The notes under the pieces are model-generated. The model was not told the DNA's origin. It made no database searches and worked only from the letters and a program-made list of their open reading frames with translations. Shown here piece after piece: positions 22,957 to 33,772 of a stretch of DNA of 64,000 nt. A program made the translations under genes and the position numbers. The DNA comes from an uncultured Gemmatimonadales bacterium (GTDB lineage Bacteria > Gemmatimonadota > Gemmatimonadetes > Gemmatimonadales > GWC2-71-9), in the NCBI GenBank assembly GCA_963842945.1, contig CAWJIM010000021.1, positions 192,001 through 256,000 of the forward strand, read 5' to 3'. Position 1 is the stretch's first letter. Each line of letters opens with the position of its first letter.

Positions 22957-23288
22957 GGGCGCTTGACCACCGTCTGTGACCGGGCGGCGACCTCCCGCCG
23001 CACGATGGCGGCGTCGAGAAACGCCTGCTCCAGCGGAGCCAGGCGCGGACGTCCAGCCTCGGCCGCCGCGCCGGGACGCTCGGTCAGCGGCGCCGGGGCG
23101 CAATGAATGACCGGCGCCGCCTGATTCCATTCCTTGGCGCGCTCTCTGGAGCGGGCTGCGAGCCTCGCACCGGTGTCGTTGGCCGATCCGAATGCCTGGC
23201 TCTGGGCCTGCAGCGCGCCAGCGCGACTCATTCCCAGCACCAGCATCATAGGCGCCATCATCGAGATTGTTGGATATCTCATCCGCAT
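22953..23288 (-). CDS. Hypothetical secreted protein (111 aa)
   Basis: GAGGAG RBS; signal-peptide-like N-terminus ending LQAQ; stop overlaps the HAD ATG. Confidence 0.55.
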   Translation of the reverse strand: MRMRYPTISMMAPMMLVLGMSRAGALQAQSQAFGSANDTGARLAARSRERAKEWNQAAPVIHCAPAPLTERPGAAAEAGRPRLAPLEQAFLDAAIVRREVAARSQTVVKRP

Positions 23289-23398
23289 CACTCCTCTGAA
23301 AACATCAAAGCTTCGCCGCATGCTGACGCTCGGCGAAGACGATCGAGTCACGATTGCGCAACGAGCCGCGACTTTCGTGGGGGTCCAGCGATACGAAG

Positions 23399-23413
23399 GC
23401 AACCCGCATGCCA
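23399..23413 (-). promoter_or_regulatory. sigma54 promoter of the 3-gene HAD operon
   Basis: Minus strand TGGCATG-CGGG-TTGC, one mismatch to TGGCACG-N4-TTGC. Confidence 0.8.
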
Positions 23414-23475
23414 CGCATGAGGCACACGAATCACCCTCGCAGAGGAGGGCTGCGCGAGATCGGACCTGAAGCAAC

Positions 23476-23522
23476 CCGACCAGATTGTCGGAAGCCTTCG
23501 GTCCAATCGACAAAATTGTTAG
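23476..23522. promoter_or_regulatory. Paired palindromic enhancer (UAS) candidates
   Basis: CCGAC-CAGATT-GTCGG (23476-23491) and TCGAC-AAAATT-GTTAG (23507-23522), 31 bp apart, upstream of the sigma54 promoter. Confidence 0.6.
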
Positions 23523-23803
23523 ATCGGATGGGTGACGCTATCTGGAGAATCGCCGGTCCTGCAGCAGTTCACGGCAGGTCGATTGCGCGGAGCAAGACCA
23601 GTCGAGGCACCGAGGATTCTGGTGGGCCCACAGGATTGAGTCGCCCAGGGGGCCGGAGTGTCCCGGCCGAGCGGCCGAGTGCTGGCTGGGGTCGGCCTGG
23701 GGTGCCATGGGCGGCGGCTGGTCCGATGACCGCCCAGTGCAACGATTGGCGCGGCGCTGTCCAAATTGACCCTGAGGTCAGCGTCAGGGTAGATTCCCGC
23801 ACA

Positions 23804-25057
23804 ATGAGTTCCATCACCGTCGAGAAGACTGCCGAAGATTCCGCCTCCAAGTCATTACGTGTGACGGTACCGGTAGACCGCATCCGCGAGGCGGAAGAGC
23901 GGGCCTTGAAGTACTACGCCAAGCGGGCCCGGCTGCCGGGCTTTCGACCGGGCAAGGCGCCGGACACCGTCGTCCGCAAACGCTTCGGCGATGCCATTCG
24001 CCAGACGGTACTCGAAGAGGTGATTCGGGAGAGCTGGGAAACCGCCAAGACCAATGAGTCGCTCAAACCGATTACCGATCCCTCGATTCGCAATCTGAAG
24101 TTCGAAGAGGGAAGCCCCATCGAGTTCGAGCTGCACGTGGAAGTGCGGCCCGAGCTCAAGCTGGATCGAACCGGCGGCTTCCGGCTGGAGCGCCGGGTGG
24201 CGCCGGTGAGCGATGAGGCGGTGGCGGAGCAGGTGACCCGAATTCAGGAGCACAAGGCTACCTGGATCCCGATCGAGGGGGCCAAGCCGGCCCCAGGGCA
24301 GATGGTTCGAGTGGAGGTTGCTCCGGTAGAAAACGGAGTGGCCGGATCGGCTCAGCCTCACGATCTGGTGCTGGGCGAGAACCAGGCCATTCCGGAGCTG
24401 GAAGAGCAGATCATGGGGCTCCTCCCGGGCGAGACCACGGAAACCGAGGTCCGCTTTCCCGAGGATCATCCTGACGAGTCCCGCCGGGGTCAGACTCGCC
24501 GGGTGCGGATCACGCTGCACGAGGTCAAGCGGCAGGAGTTGCCGCCGCTGGACGATGCGCTGGCGCGCGAGTCGGGAGATTTCGAGGGCCTCGATGCGCT
24601 CAGGGCCGCCATCCGCCAGGATCTCGAGCGCGAGGCGGGCCGCGAGGCCGATGCCCAGCTCCGGCAGCAGCTGATTGCCCAGATTGTCGAGGCTAACCGG
24701 GTCGAGGCTCCGCACTCCCTGGTTCACCGGCTGCTGCACGGGTACGCCGAGATGTACAAGGTCCCCCAGGACCAGCTGGAGGGGTTCGAGCAGCAGTTTC
24801 ATGGGATCGCGGAAACCCAGGTCAAACGCGATCTCGTGCTGGATGCTCTGATCGAAGCGCACGGTCTCCGCGCCACCGAGGCGGATATTGACGAGCGAAT
24901 CAACAGCATGGCCGCTGCCCGGGGAACGCCTGCCAGCCAGGTGTACGCTTCCCTGCAAAAGGCCAACCGGCTCCAGGAGCTGGAGCGGGTGCTTACCGAA
25001 GACAAGGTCTTCGATTTCCTCCTGAAGCAGTCCACCATTGAAGAGGTCAAGTCTTGA
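23804..25057 (+). CDS. tig: Trigger factor
   Basis: [10 protein letters not shown] signature and FKBP-like middle domain; lies directly upstream of clpP-clpX. Confidence 0.95.
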   Translation: MSSITVEKTAEDSASKSLRVTVPVDRIREAEERALKYYAKRARLPGFRPGKAPDTVVRKRFGDAIRQTVLEEVIRESWETAKTNESLKPITDPSIRNLKFEEGSPIEFELHVEVRPELKLDRTGGFRLERRVAPVSDEAVAEQVTRIQEHKATWIPIEGAKPAPGQMVRVEVAPVENGVAGSAQPHDLVLGENQAIPELEEQIMGLLPGETTETEVRFPEDHPDESRRGQTRRVRITLHEVKRQELPPLDDALARESGDFEGLDALRAAIRQDLEREAGREADAQLRQQLIAQIVEANRVEAPHSLVHRLLHGYAEMYKVPQDQLEGFEQQFHGIAETQVKRDLVLDALIEAHGLRATEADIDERINSMAAARGTPASQVYASLQKANRLQELERVLTEDKVFDFLLKQSTIEEVKS

Positions 25058-25059
25058 CG

Positions 25060-25692
25060 ATGGCCACTCTGTATCCGCCCTATATCATCGAGCGTTCCAG
25101 TCGCGGCGAGCGCACCTACGACATCTTTTCCCGCCTGCTGATGGACCGCATCGTGTTTCTGGGCGCTCCCATCAATGACGATGTCTCCAACATCATCATC
25201 GCGCAGCTCCTGTTCCTCGAGGCCGACAACCCCGATAAGGACATTTACCTCTATGTCAACTCGCCCGGCGGGGTGGTTTCAGCCGGCATGGCCATCTACG
25301 ACACCATGCAGCACTTGAGGGCGCCGGTGAATACCATCTGCATGGGGATGGCTGCTTCGATGGGGTCCTTCCTCCTGGCGGCCGGGGCCAAGGGCAAGCG
25401 CAGCGCGCTACCTCATTCCCGAATCATGATCCACCAGCCCTCGGGCGGGGCCCAAGGGACTGCGGCGGACATCGAGATCCAGGCCCGCGAGATCCTCTAT
25501 CTCCGCTCCAAGATGAACTCGCTCTACGCCCTGCATACCGGGCAGCCGATCGAGACCATCGAACGAGACATGGATCGCGACCGGTTCATGAGCGCGGAAG
25601 AGGCCAAGGCCTACGGTTTGATCGACAGCGTGTTCACGCCGCACAAGGAGTTGGTGCCACACACGAACGGCAAGGACCGCAAGGAGACTTGA
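25060..25692 (+). CDS. clpP: ATP-dependent Clp protease proteolytic subunit
   Basis: [28 protein letters not shown] and [11 protein letters not shown] motifs. Confidence 0.98.
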   Translation: MATLYPPYIIERSSRGERTYDIFSRLLMDRIVFLGAPINDDVSNIIIAQLLFLEADNPDKDIYLYVNSPGGVVSAGMAIYDTMQHLRAPVNTICMGMAASMGSFLLAAGAKGKRSALPHSRIMIHQPSGGAQGTAADIEIQAREILYLRSKMNSLYALHTGQPIETIERDMDRDRFMSAEEAKAYGLIDSVFTPHKELVPHTNGKDRKET

Positions 25693-25753
25693 CGGTCGGG
25701 AGACCCGGGGGCACTTTACCCGGCACCCAATCACCTCCATCACGAAGCGCTCC

Positions 25754-26997
<1,244 letters not shown>

Positions 26998-27001
<4 letters not shown>

Positions 27002-27708
27002 GACAAGCAGGGCAGCGGGGCAGCGGGGCGGCGGCGGCAGAGCCGAAGCAGTCGGAAGGAAGTCTCAGGGGCGCACTGGGTGCGCCCTTCTCACGTGCGG
27101 CTGGTGCACCCAATCCACTGGCCTCCCAGCCGGTCGAGTTTGTCGGCTCGTTTCCCGACCCCGGCGTACGGCTGGAGCCTTTGCTACCCGAGATCGCCTT
27201 TATCGGGCGATCCAACGTGGGCAAATCGAGCCTGATCAATGCCCTGCTGGTCCGACCCGGGCTGGCCCGGGTCAGCGGCTCTCCCGGCAAAACCACGCTC
27301 CTCAATTTTTACCGGCTGCCATCGCTGTATCTGGTGGATCTGCCGGGCTATGGCTTTGCCCGGGCCAGCAAGGCCGACCGGGCCGGCTATCGGAAGCTCG
27401 TCAACGGCTATCTCCGGAGCAGGCAGATGCTGAGCGGGATCGTGTGGCTGCTCGACATTCGACACGACCCATCGAAGGAAGATCGGGAGATGCAGGAGTT
27501 ATTGATCGAGAGCGGCCGACCCGTGCTAGCGGTCTTGACCAAATCGGATAAGTTGAGCCGCTCCGCCACTGCTGCCCGTCAGCGTGAGCTGGCGGAGATT
27601 CTGCAGCTCCGGACGGAACAGATCGAAATGACCAGCAGCCGCTCGGGACTGGGAACATCCGAGCTGGCCCAGAGTGTCTTGGCCGCCGTCCAGGGGGGAA
27701 GCCGATGA
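26998..27708 (+). CDS. engB: Ribosome biogenesis GTPase YihA/YsxC (true start may be downstream)
   Basis: [22 protein letters not shown] and TKSD motifs. Confidence 0.93.
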
Positions 27709-28322
27709 GCCTGCGTCATATTGGTCTTGCGGTTCTGGCGCTGGGGTGCGCTCACCCGGCCACCGGCCAGTCTCAGGATCAGGGCCGGCCCCTCCCCCAG
27801 GGGTATGGCAGCCTGACGCAGGACGATCTCTCGCTCCGAGTCGGGGACGATAACCTGGTCATCCGATTCGTCCCGCTCGATCCGAGATTGATGCCCCTCC
27901 TCGCTCGGGACGCCGCTCAGTCGCTCCGGTTCCTGCTGGACAGCCATAAGCGCGCAATCGATTCCGTGGCGTCGCGCGCCGGAGTGGCCACGCCGGGTAT
28001 TGGGCTGGTCAGCTTCTTCGGACAACGCGCCGATGCCAGGTTCGACCCCCAGACCTTGACGATCCTTATCCGAAACCGGGTTTTCCGTCCCCTCGGCGTG
28101 ATTGCCCTGAGCCCGAAGTTCAATTCTCAACAGCTCGGCGTACGAGAGCAGGCGAGTGCGCTGTACCTGTTCGAGGAGGAGATACCGGTGAACGACTCGT
28201 TCTTGCTGTCCTACGGGGTGTTGACCTCGGAAGACTGGGAGCGGAAGCTGCCGTTATTGGACCGGGAGCGAGCCCGGGTGGCCGCCCGTTCCCGAACCGA
28301 ACCGATCGACACCGGCCGGTAA
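27705..28322 (+). CDS. Hypothetical lipoprotein
   Basis: ALGC lipobox-like signal; ATGA coupling with engB. Confidence 0.7.
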   Translation: MSLRHIGLAVLALGCAHPATGQSQDQGRPLPQGYGSLTQDDLSLRVGDDNLVIRFVPLDPRLMPLLARDAAQSLRFLLDSHKRAIDSVASRAGVATPGIGLVSFFGQRADARFDPQTLTILIRNRVFRPLGVIALSPKFNSQQLGVREQASALYLFEEEIPVNDSFLLSYGVLTSEDWERKLPLLDRERARVAARSRTEPIDTGR

Positions 28323-28415
28323 CCACCCTCAAGGCCGGCGCTCAGTAACATTCCCAGGATTTACCAATAGTTGCGCTCATCAGCGGGTCGGCCTGGCTGG
28401 CCGTCCGGGCCCACC

Positions 28416-28431
28416 GCAATGACCCTGCCAA
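28416..28431 (-). promoter_or_regulatory. Putative orphan sigma54 promoter
   Basis: Minus strand TTGGCAGG-GTCA-TTGC; an upstream CCCCACCACTG direct repeat lies at 28473 and 28488. Confidence 0.5.
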
Positions 28432-28576
28432 AGCCTGCGGCAGCCCCCATGGGAGAGCTGGTTTCAGGTAAACCCCACCACTGCAATCCCCACCACTGGT
28501 GTCCCAACTTCCCCCTGCCCATCATTAAACTGTACGCGCACTTCCACCCCCTCACGGGGACTGAACGAGACCCCCC

Positions 28577-29422
28577 ATGGTCCTGCTACCGCTGCGCGCA
28601 GTCCGCCTGCCCAAGGCTACCGAACAGTTTTACGACGGCTGGCTGGCCGATCTCGAGGAACAGCTGTCGCAGCCGAAGGCTGACTGGCACCGGATCACCC
28701 GCGAGCTGCTGTTCCAGATCACCTACCCGGGCGCTCAGGATTATGAAGGAATGCTGCAGGACCCCAAGACCCCGGAGGCGAGCCGGGTGGCCCTGCTCTC
28801 CCTGGATCCTCGAAACATTACCCTCGAGCCGGAGTATTACGCCGAAGTTGACGCCGAGCGGTACGCCCGAGTGAAACCACTGATCTGGCTCTGGCAGAGC
28901 TTCGATCGCTCCCCGCTGGGGGGCGGGAACGTGCATCTCGGAGTTCGGCTCCGCCGAGTTCTCGCCCGACACATCTTTGCCCGGGTGGGCCGCAACTTCA
29001 AAGCGTTTCAGTTCGTGGAGTTTTCCTTCGGCTACAACCTGGAGGTGGGCGACGATGTGGTGGTCCACCGGAACGTGCTGCTGGACGATCGCGGGGGAAT
29101 TACCCTGGGCAACCGGGTGAGCATCTCCGACTACGCCAACATCTACAGCCACACCCACAGCATCGTGGACCAGAAGGATGTCACCAACGCACGAACTGTT
29201 CTCGAAGACGACGTTCGAATCACCTATCACGCCACAGTACTCGCGGGAGTTCGCGTCGGTCGAAACGCCATGGTAGGGGCCAATGCGGTCGCGACCAAGG
29301 ACGTGCGGCCCTATCACGTGAACGTGGGCATTCCTGCCAAGTCGATTCGAATCAAGCCGAACGCGCCACCGGAGGCCTACGTGACCGAGCGCGTGGTTCG
29401 AAGCCAAGCCCGGGAGCCCTGA
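28577..29422 (+). CDS. Hexapeptide-repeat (left-handed beta-helix) acyltransferase
   Basis: LEVGDDVVV, ITLGNRVSI, VRVGRNAMVGANAVATKDV and VGIPAK motifs. Confidence 0.88.
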   Translation: MVLLPLRAVRLPKATEQFYDGWLADLEEQLSQPKADWHRITRELLFQITYPGAQDYEGMLQDPKTPEASRVALLSLDPRNITLEPEYYAEVDAERYARVKPLIWLWQSFDRSPLGGGNVHLGVRLRRVLARHIFARVGRNFKAFQFVEFSFGYNLEVGDDVVVHRNVLLDDRGGITLGNRVSISDYANIYSHTHSIVDQKDVTNARTVLEDDVRITYHATVLAGVRVGRNAMVGANAVATKDVRPYHVNVGIPAKSIRIKPNAPPEAYVTERVVRSQAREP

Positions 29423-29456
29423 GCTGGCGCGCCGTCAGGCTCCTTCTCCCCTCTCG

Positions 29457-31775
29457 ATGGCGGCTGTTGCCGCCCTGGCCGCAGTGGTGTCCATCATTGC
29501 GGTGATCCTGACGACCCACGGACTGCCTCGGCTCCCAGTTACCCTGCTGCTCTTCTTTACCCTGGCGCTGGTGGCTGCATCGCACCTGCGCCGCGACTGG
29601 GAGATTCCGCTCCACCTCGTCTCTACCGTCCTCCTCGGGGCCATCGCCTGGTGGGCGGAGGAACGCGTCTGGTGGATCTCGCTGCTCGCCTTGTCCAGCG
29701 TGCTGGGGACCTTCTGGGTCGCGTTGCTCCGAGCCCGGCGGCGCTCCGTTGATGCGGAGGCCAAAGCCGATCAGCTGGCGGTGCAGGTCGACCGCCGCAT
29801 CAGCGAGCTGTTTTCGCTGCAGGAGCTGAGCTATGTCCTGTCGGAGTCGATTCAGCTCGACCGAGTGGTGGACCAGGTGGCGAAGTATGCCGCTCGGTTC
29901 CTCCAGACCGATGGAGCCATCGTGGTGGTCGTCGAGATGGACGGCAAGGTGCTTCGGGTGGTGGCCGGATCGGGGACGCTGGAATCGATGGTCGGCCAGG
30001 TCAGCGCGGACTCGGAGAGCGCACTGGTTCGGTTCGCCATCGGCCGCGACCGGATCGAGGTGGCCCAGGGAGAAGAGACCCCCACCGTGGACCTCATCGG
30101 CGGAGTGCTGGTGCGCTCCGCCGCCGTGGCGCCGCTCCGGGCTCAGGGCATCACGATGGGTGCCCTGGCCGTAGCCGACCGGCGCGGGGGCCCATTTACC
30201 ACCGAAGACCTCTGGCTGCTGTCTACCGTAGCGACCAACGCCTCAGTCGTCCTCGCCAACAGCCGCCTGTATGAGATGGTCCGCCGCGGCCAGGAGGAGT
30301 GGGAAACCGCCTTCAACGCCCTGGCTGAGGGCATTGCCGTCGTTGGGCCGACCGGCGCAATCCTCAGGGCCAACCGCGCTCTGGCCACCTTGGCGCAAGT
30401 GGCCGAGCCGGAGCTGGTAGGACGAAACTTTTCGGAGCTGTTTGCCGGAGCCGCGGAACCGGTATCCGGTATGATCCAGGCGGCCTATCGCGGAGAGAAA
30501 GGCGCTCCCCTGGTCGTCCGGCTGGACGAGAGTCATCAGGTGCTGAGGCTCACTGCAGCACCGTTGGCAGGGGTTGAGCCGGGCTCGGTGGTGATCCTCA
30601 TCGAAGACGTGACCGAGCAGCGTATGCTCGAGGCGCAAATCATTCAGAACGACAAGATGGCCTCGATCGGGCAGCTGGTCTCCGGCGTGGCCCATGAGCT
30701 GAACAATCCCCTCACCTCGATAGCCGGCCTGGCGGAGCTGTTGCTGGAGCGACCGGCCCACCCCGATCTCCCCCGGGAGCACCTCCGGGTCATCCACGAT
30801 CAAGCCGAGCGGGCCGGGCGAATCGTGCGTAATCTGTTGACCTTTGCCCGGAAGGGCGGAGTCAGCGAGAAAACGGCGGTGGACCTGAACGATGTGGTGA
30901 CCCGGACGTCGCTGCTGATCGTTTATGAGCTACAGCTGCATGGTATCGATCTGAATTCCGAGCTGAGCTCCGATCCGGTCATCGTTCTGGGAGACCGCTA
31001 CGAGCTGCAGCAGGTTTTGCTCAATCTGATCACCAATGCCGTGCAGGCAGTTACCGCACTCTCCGTCGAGCTGGGCCGGCGCATCACCCTGATCACCAGG
31101 CGGGAGGACGGAGAGGCAGTGCTGCGAGTGAGAGACAACGGTCCAGGAGTACCGCGGCATCTGGCGCCCTACCTCTTCACTCCATTCTTCACGACCAAGG
31201 CACCCGGAGAAGGTACCGGGTTGGGACTCTCGCTCAGCTACGGTCTGGTCAAGGCGCACGGCGGAGATCTCACCTACGAGCCGCCGGGTGACGAGGGCGC
31301 CGAGTTCCGGGTGAGCCTGCCCCTCTACGAAGCCGACCTGCCGGCCGAGGTTGCTGCCACAGGCACACAGAACGGCCAGTCACACCGTCGCATTCTCGTG
31401 GTCGACGAAGACCCGGCAGTGCACCGGCTGGTCCGCGCGCTGTTCGCCCCGGACGGGCACGCGGTGGAATCAGTGAGGTCCGGGGAACAGGCCCTCAGAT
31501 TGGCACAGGAGGGAGAATACGACATGATCATCGCAGATGTGCGGATGCCGGCCGGATCTGACGAACCGTTCGCCGACGTGTTGCTGCACACCTGCCCCCA
31601 CACTCGAAACCGGCTGGTCGTCGCCTGCCGCGGTGAAGAGGAGCTGCCCCCGCGCTTCACTGAACAATCGATCCACCGAGTCAGGAAGCCGTTCAACCCG
31701 CGGGACCTGCGGAGCGTGGCGAAAGAGATTCTCAGTAGCCTGCCGCGCTCGCCGGCTTCCAAGGGAGCACGCTGA
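29457..31775 (+). CDS. Hybrid sensor histidine kinase (TM-GAF-PAS-HisKA-HATPase-REC)
   Basis: VAHELNNPL, LNLITNA, DNGPG, PFFTTK and GTGLGLS motifs; C-terminal ILVVDED receiver. Confidence 0.93.
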   Translation: MAAVAALAAVVSIIAVILTTHGLPRLPVTLLLFFTLALVAASHLRRDWEIPLHLVSTVLLGAIAWWAEERVWWISLLALSSVLGTFWVALLRARRRSVDAEAKADQLAVQVDRRISELFSLQELSYVLSESIQLDRVVDQVAKYAARFLQTDGAIVVVVEMDGKVLRVVAGSGTLESMVGQVSADSESALVRFAIGRDRIEVAQGEETPTVDLIGGVLVRSAAVAPLRAQGITMGALAVADRRGGPFTTEDLWLLSTVATNASVVLANSRLYEMVRRGQEEWETAFNALAEGIAVVGPTGAILRANRALATLAQVAEPELVGRNFSELFAGAAEPVSGMIQAAYRGEKGAPLVVRLDESHQVLRLTAAPLAGVEPGSVVILIEDVTEQRMLEAQIIQNDKMASIGQLVSGVAHELNNPLTSIAGLAELLLERPAHPDLPREHLRVIHDQAERAGRIVRNLLTFARKGGVSEKTAVDLNDVVTRTSLLIVYELQLHGIDLNSELSSDPVIVLGDRYELQQVLLNLITNAVQAVTALSVELGRRITLITRREDGEAVLRVRDNGPGVPRHLAPYLFTPFFTTKAPGEGTGLGLSLSYGLVKAHGGDLTYEPPGDEGAEFRVSLPLYEADLPAEVAATGTQNGQSHRRILVVDEDPAVHRLVRALFAPDGHAVESVRSGEQALRLAQEGEYDMIIADVRMPAGSDEPFADVLLHTCPHTRNRLVVACRGEEELPPRFTEQSIHRVRKPFNPRDLRSVAKEILSSLPRSPASKGAR

Positions 31776-33159
31776 TCCGGCCCTTCACCTTGGCCGTGGC
31801 GGTTGACGCATCCGCGGTTGCCCAATAATTCCCGCCTGCCGCCAAATCCGGAGCCTCGATGAACCAGCGTGACGCGCGAAGAAAGATGTTGCCGGTCACC
31901 TCGCTGGCGTGGCCGTCCCCGTCCACCACCAATCCGTCGCCTACCCCATCGAAGATGTTTCCCCGGATCTGGGCCCGGGTGGTGTGCTCCATCACGATGC
32001 CCTGTTCCAGTCGCGATAGCCTGTTATCGTCGATCCGGTAACGCTGACTGGAATCGCCCGGCTGAGCCGGCGCCGCCACCCTGATCCCTACACCGCCCCC
32101 GATCACGACGTTCCCCAGAATCACGTTATCGTTGCCGTTTTCGCTTACGATGCCGACAGTTCGGGCACCAATGATGGTATTGCCCCTGACCGTCGACCCG
32201 CCTGAGTGCATCAGCCTGAACCCGATGAGGGCGCTGTCCGCCCGATTGTCCAGAAAGGTGTTGTTCCACCCGAACGACGACACAAACGCAGTTCGCAAGG
32301 CGGCAGAAGCGTCGTTGCGGTAGACCAGGTTACCGACCGACGGCTCTATCGCCCTCGCGTCTCCGGCCAGCAGGAGTCCCAGGCTGGATGCGCTGAGATC
32401 ATTGTCGACGATGGTATTGGAGTCACTTGCGTTGCGGAGCAGCAGGGCCGCCGCGCCGCAGTCCGCCGCCGGCACCTGGGACTCACATCGCCGAGTATGG
32501 TCGGCCCGATTGCGGGCAATGACGTTGCGAGCCGACCGCCAGAGGTGAATGCCCCAGCCGTTGTTGGCCGACACATCGTTGTCGGCGATGTAGCTGTCGC
32601 GCACCTCCATCAGCGCTATCCCGTTTTGAGCGGCCCGGGCGGTAACTCCGGTGATGCTGGTTCCGCTGGTTCGTCGGAGCAGGATGCCGCCGCCATACCG
32701 CTCGAAGCTGTCCGCCCGAATCAAGTTCAGTTGGTCCGCGACTTCCGGACGCGCCGGCGTGGAGCGCACGCCCTGATCCCGGCTCCCGGAGAGATCGGCG
32801 CCGCTGACCCGATGAGACCGGCCACCCTCCAAACGAATCCCATAGCGGTAGCCATGGATCGCGCCACCGGTGATCGATACCGCGTCCACCCCCCGGCTGG
32901 TGATGCCGGCACCCACAAAACGACCCGGTACTGAGTCGCCGCTCTCCAGAATCACCCCCGTCAGATCGATCCGGGTGCCCGATGCCGCAGCGATGATGAT
33001 GCCCTGCTCGTTGATGTCGGCGATCCGATAGCGGCCCGGGCAGACCCGCACCTCACCCTGGACCTGAGTGCCGGCACGGGTGGGTCGGATGCAGGGTGCC
33101 GTCTTGGGCGTGGACGGAGCCCAAATGGTCAGGAGCGGAAGCAGAAAAGGACTCAGCAT
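31732..33159 (-). CDS. Secreted right-handed parallel beta-helix (NosD-like) protein
   Basis: Repeated GI-x-L...N-x-I-x-x-N units; signal peptide from MLSPFLL. Confidence 0.8.
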   Translation of the reverse strand: MLSPFLLPLLTIWAPSTPKTAPCIRPTRAGTQVQGEVRVCPGRYRIADINEQGIIIAAASGTRIDLTGVILESGDSVPGRFVGAGITSRGVDAVSITGGAIHGYRYGIRLEGGRSHRVSGADLSGSRDQGVRSTPARPEVADQLNLIRADSFERYGGGILLRRTSGTSITGVTARAAQNGIALMEVRDSYIADNDVSANNGWGIHLWRSARNVIARNRADHTRRCESQVPAADCGAAALLLRNASDSNTIVDNDLSASSLGLLLAGDARAIEPSVGNLVYRNDASAALRTAFVSSFGWNNTFLDNRADSALIGFRLMHSGGSTVRGNTIIGARTVGIVSENGNDNVILGNVVIGGGVGIRVAAPAQPGDSSQRYRIDDNRLSRLEQGIVMEHTTRAQIRGNIFDGVGDGLVVDGDGHASEVTGNIFLRASRWFIEAPDLAAGGNYWATADASTATAKVKGRISVLPWKPASAAGY

Positions 33160-33620
33160 ACCCGCAACACGTCGTCCACCGCGCCGGCGTTCCCCTGGTT
33201 GAGCAAGAGCTCGATATCGTCGAGGGCGCGGCGCTCGCGGGGCCAGGCGAACCGGGCTCGCGCGGCTGCCGGGGTGAGCCACTCGAAACCGTCATGCTCC
33301 GGCCCGAGCCGAACCACCGCATCCGTCGCCACGAAGGCGGCGAACACTGGCACCAGAGCGATCTCATCGGTGCGGTGCTGGTAGAACAGCTCCACCCGGC
33401 TCAGGTTGTAGAGCGGGGCGGCTATCAGACCCGTCTCTTCCTCCAGCTCGCGCGCCGCCGCTCGGGCGGGCCGTTCAGCCGGCTCGATGTGACCATGAAC
33501 GCTCTCCCATGAACCGGGGCAGCGTCCACCGGGTGCCCGGCGAAGCGCCAGGCATTGCAGCGAGCTTCCGACCCCGCGGAGAACGTAGACATCGACCAGC
33601 GAGGTGCGAATCGATGTCAT
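33153..33620 (-). CDS. NUDIX hydrolase
   Basis: Nudix box GHIEPAERPARAAARELEEETGL; EHDGFEW. Confidence 0.9.
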   Translation of the reverse strand: MTSIRTSLVDVYVLRGVGSSLQCLALRRAPGGRCPGSWESVHGHIEPAERPARAAARELEEETGLIAAPLYNLSRVELFYQHRTDEIALVPVFAAFVATDAVVRLGPEHDGFEWLTPAAARARFAWPRERRALDDIELLLNQGNAGAVDDVLRVC

Positions 33621-33772
33621 CGCGGGAACGGTCGGGCAAACGATTCAAAGGTCATGGCTTAACAGTTATCCGCTTCCGGCATCCGCGCCAGGATCGGAGC
33701 GGCCGGACGGATCATCAGTGCGGGGTGACCGGAGTTTTATCGGGCGGAGACCGGCTCTGCGTTACTGGTTGG

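Noticed and set aside
23523..23765. ncRNA or tRNA upstream of tig
   Set aside because: About 240 bp are unexplained, but I found no cloverleaf, terminator or convincing ORF. The N-terminal extension of ORF 23354..25057 is not protein-like.
17213..23800. Integrative element at tRNA-Leu
   Set aside because: No integrase and no duplicated tRNA 3' end seen; composition is like the flanks.
28350..28390. Hammerhead ribozyme (CTGATGAG on the minus strand)
   Set aside because: No stem II followed by GAAA, and no supporting stems.
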